Shown here one piece after another: positions 62,043 to 64,000 of a stretch of DNA of 64,000 nt. The stretch lies in contig NC_088858.1 in assembly GCF_963853765.1 (NCBI RefSeq), positions 12,958,001-13,022,000 on the forward strand, read 5' to 3'. The number at the start of each line of letters is the position of its first letter. Within the stretch, counting starts at the first letter, position 1. The position numbers and the translations under genes are program-made. The notes beneath the pieces were generated by a model that worked only from the letters and a program-made list of their open reading frames with translations, did no database searches and was not told where the DNA came from. The stretch comes from Magallana gigas (Eukaryota).

Positions 62043-64000
62043 AGTAATTGTTTTATTTCATGGATGTTTGTTTTCCTGGATGTGAATATCTGTGTTCTAT
62101 GGATAAAAACAAAGTAATGTCAGTAATTTACATAATAACTTGACATAGAATAAAACAATGACAGATGTCTGACCTTTTTAAAATGAAAATACATCATAAA
62201 GTTTCAGTTACGGCGGGATATACCAGCAGTTTGGTTGAATTCGAAAAAAAATAAAAATCTTTTTTGAATATCTAGCGGTGTCATGCTACAGATACAGAAA
62301 TCGTTGACCTTAGCAAATGAGATAAAGTCAATCTCAATGTAAAACGTATCTCAAATTTGTCAGATTTCACACGAATGAATTGAACTGAATGATATCAGCG
62401 CGCATCATTTTGGCGCGCTTTCAACAAAGTCTTCGCTTGGTGGTAAAAAGATCTCTAACACTAACCGTATCTCTTTTATGTTTAAATAATTTAACGTGTA
62501 TCACATTTCTGGCTGCATAATGCCAAGGTGATCAATCTTTTAACTCGATACAGTTATATCTGCTTCATCTTGTCAGCATTGTCAGTCCAACCTTTAGTAC
62601 AACAGCCAAAATTTGCTGACACACATTGCCATACGACGTAAAAACTGTATAGATTCTCTGTTTTAGAATATAGGAAATCAACATAATTATCCATCATAAT
62701 CTTAATGCTTTTCCTGAAAGTTTGTCTATTCGTGTGTTATCAAATTTTTAATCAATTTGAATTAATTTAATTTTTTGGTTGTCCTTGACCTAGTAATTTC
62801 TCAATATTTGAGACACTCATCTGCATATGAAAAGCCATTTCTAGATACCGTTGCACTAAAATAAGCAGCTCTTTGTAAAAATGTCATGTATGTTTATTGA
62901 AAATATAGGTAAAATGTTTATATCTCTGGCATACACATGTACGAAAGTGTTTGGATAGATATCCTTGATATCCAGCGCCTTGAGAAAGATATCATCAAGT
63001 GTTCAGATTAGAGCGAGAAGCTAACATAATATGCAATGTTATATAATTTCCTATATAATTGCATCAATTTACCGATCTTGATACTTTCTGTAGCTTTCAT
63101 TAAACTTTTAAAGACCATGATCTTGAACAAATCTTATCTATATCATAACTCATGTATATCTGAAACAACAGGAAACAATATCTTAAGTATTCTGTCGCAA
63201 AAGTTAAATAAAGTATGCGTTTATCTTTATAGAAAAAAAAATGACAAGATATCTATAGCAAATGTACATATTCGGCAAAATACGTTGTAAATTTGCAATA
63301 TGAGACTTAGAAAAATTGTATTGAAAATGATATGAACAGATACATGAAAACACCACAAGTTGGCTTTAGATTATGAGTGAAGACTTACCGTTCGTTAGAA
63401 AAGCATGCCTCATTTTGTTTATGTTCTATATTTCCTCCATTTTAGATTTCAGTGCTTGTACAGATATGGTACACAAACTAAGATCCCGGATGAACTAGTA
63501 TGTGACATCATCTCTGGATATCACCAAGGCAGCAATGCTCCGAGTCAGAAGGGTCTTTGTTAGACATGCTTAATACTGATAGCATCATTTGACAAGGGTG
63601 CTTGGCCCATTCAATAGAGACAATCGTTTAAATTGCCACAAGATTTAATACAACGATAATTACAAATCCTTTGTTGCAATTGCTTCACAATACACTAGGA
63701 CCGTTATTTCAATTACGGAATTTAAATTTTAAAATTAGAGTTTAAATGTGCATAAATTATTCTTTTCGTGGTCTGTTAAAATTTTTCTTCAACTGACAAG
63801 CTATGGATAAGCTTTAAACATAATTTAACGAAAGGATACAAATTTATATACATGTAAATGAGATCCTACTTTATTTGTTCAATATTCGTATACTTCCGTC
63901 GTCGATTCTTTTAAGTTAATTCACAATGCATATGAACCTTGACACATATTTTTATCGAAATCAAAAAGTTTAACTTGTATCTGCAACATTTTCTGTTAGA

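Noticed and set aside
61490-62085. Overlapping ORFs on other frames and strands (also 17014-17304, 39636-39938, 41611-41877, 57816-58220)
   Set aside because: They are shadows of the LRRC74 exons and have no independent splice signals or motifs.

Overview
AT-rich eukaryotic genomic DNA with GT-AG introns, one 205-nt assembly gap, and no prokaryotic features, rRNA, tRNA or CRISPR that I can support. The repeat content (HINE-type element with ~161-bp satellite units, (GA)n/(TA)n microsatellites) suggests a bivalve, probably a Crassostrea/Magallana oyster (inference). I rebuilt spliced gene models by hand and checked exon phases. (1) A first coding exon of a secreted protein on the minus strand (2593-2736, possibly anosmin-1-like) whose gene runs off the left edge. 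(2) Three LRRC74-like leucine-rich-repeat paralogues with C-terminal EF-hand regions (17018-23071 +, 36107-41845 +, 57379-62042 -). (3) A 12-exon secreted protein with two 12-Cys Ly6/uPAR-like (three-finger) modules fused to a fibrinogen C-terminal domain (23705-31168 -). (4) An 8-exon orphan gene of about 207 aa (44818-47437 +). (5) A secreted Cys-rich plus F-type-lectin-like protein (52120-54543 -). Non-autonomous mobile elements include a 9-bp-TSD Mutator-like element, a TTAA Kolobok-like element, a HINE/Helentron-like element and GCGAAGC-capped foldback elements. The most notable observations are the LU-LU-fibrinogen architecture, tandem amplification of splice junctions in three different genes, intron loss and EF-hand decay among the LRRC74 paralogues, and strong enrichment of the octamer TACATGTA. 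All counts and coordinates were read by eye.
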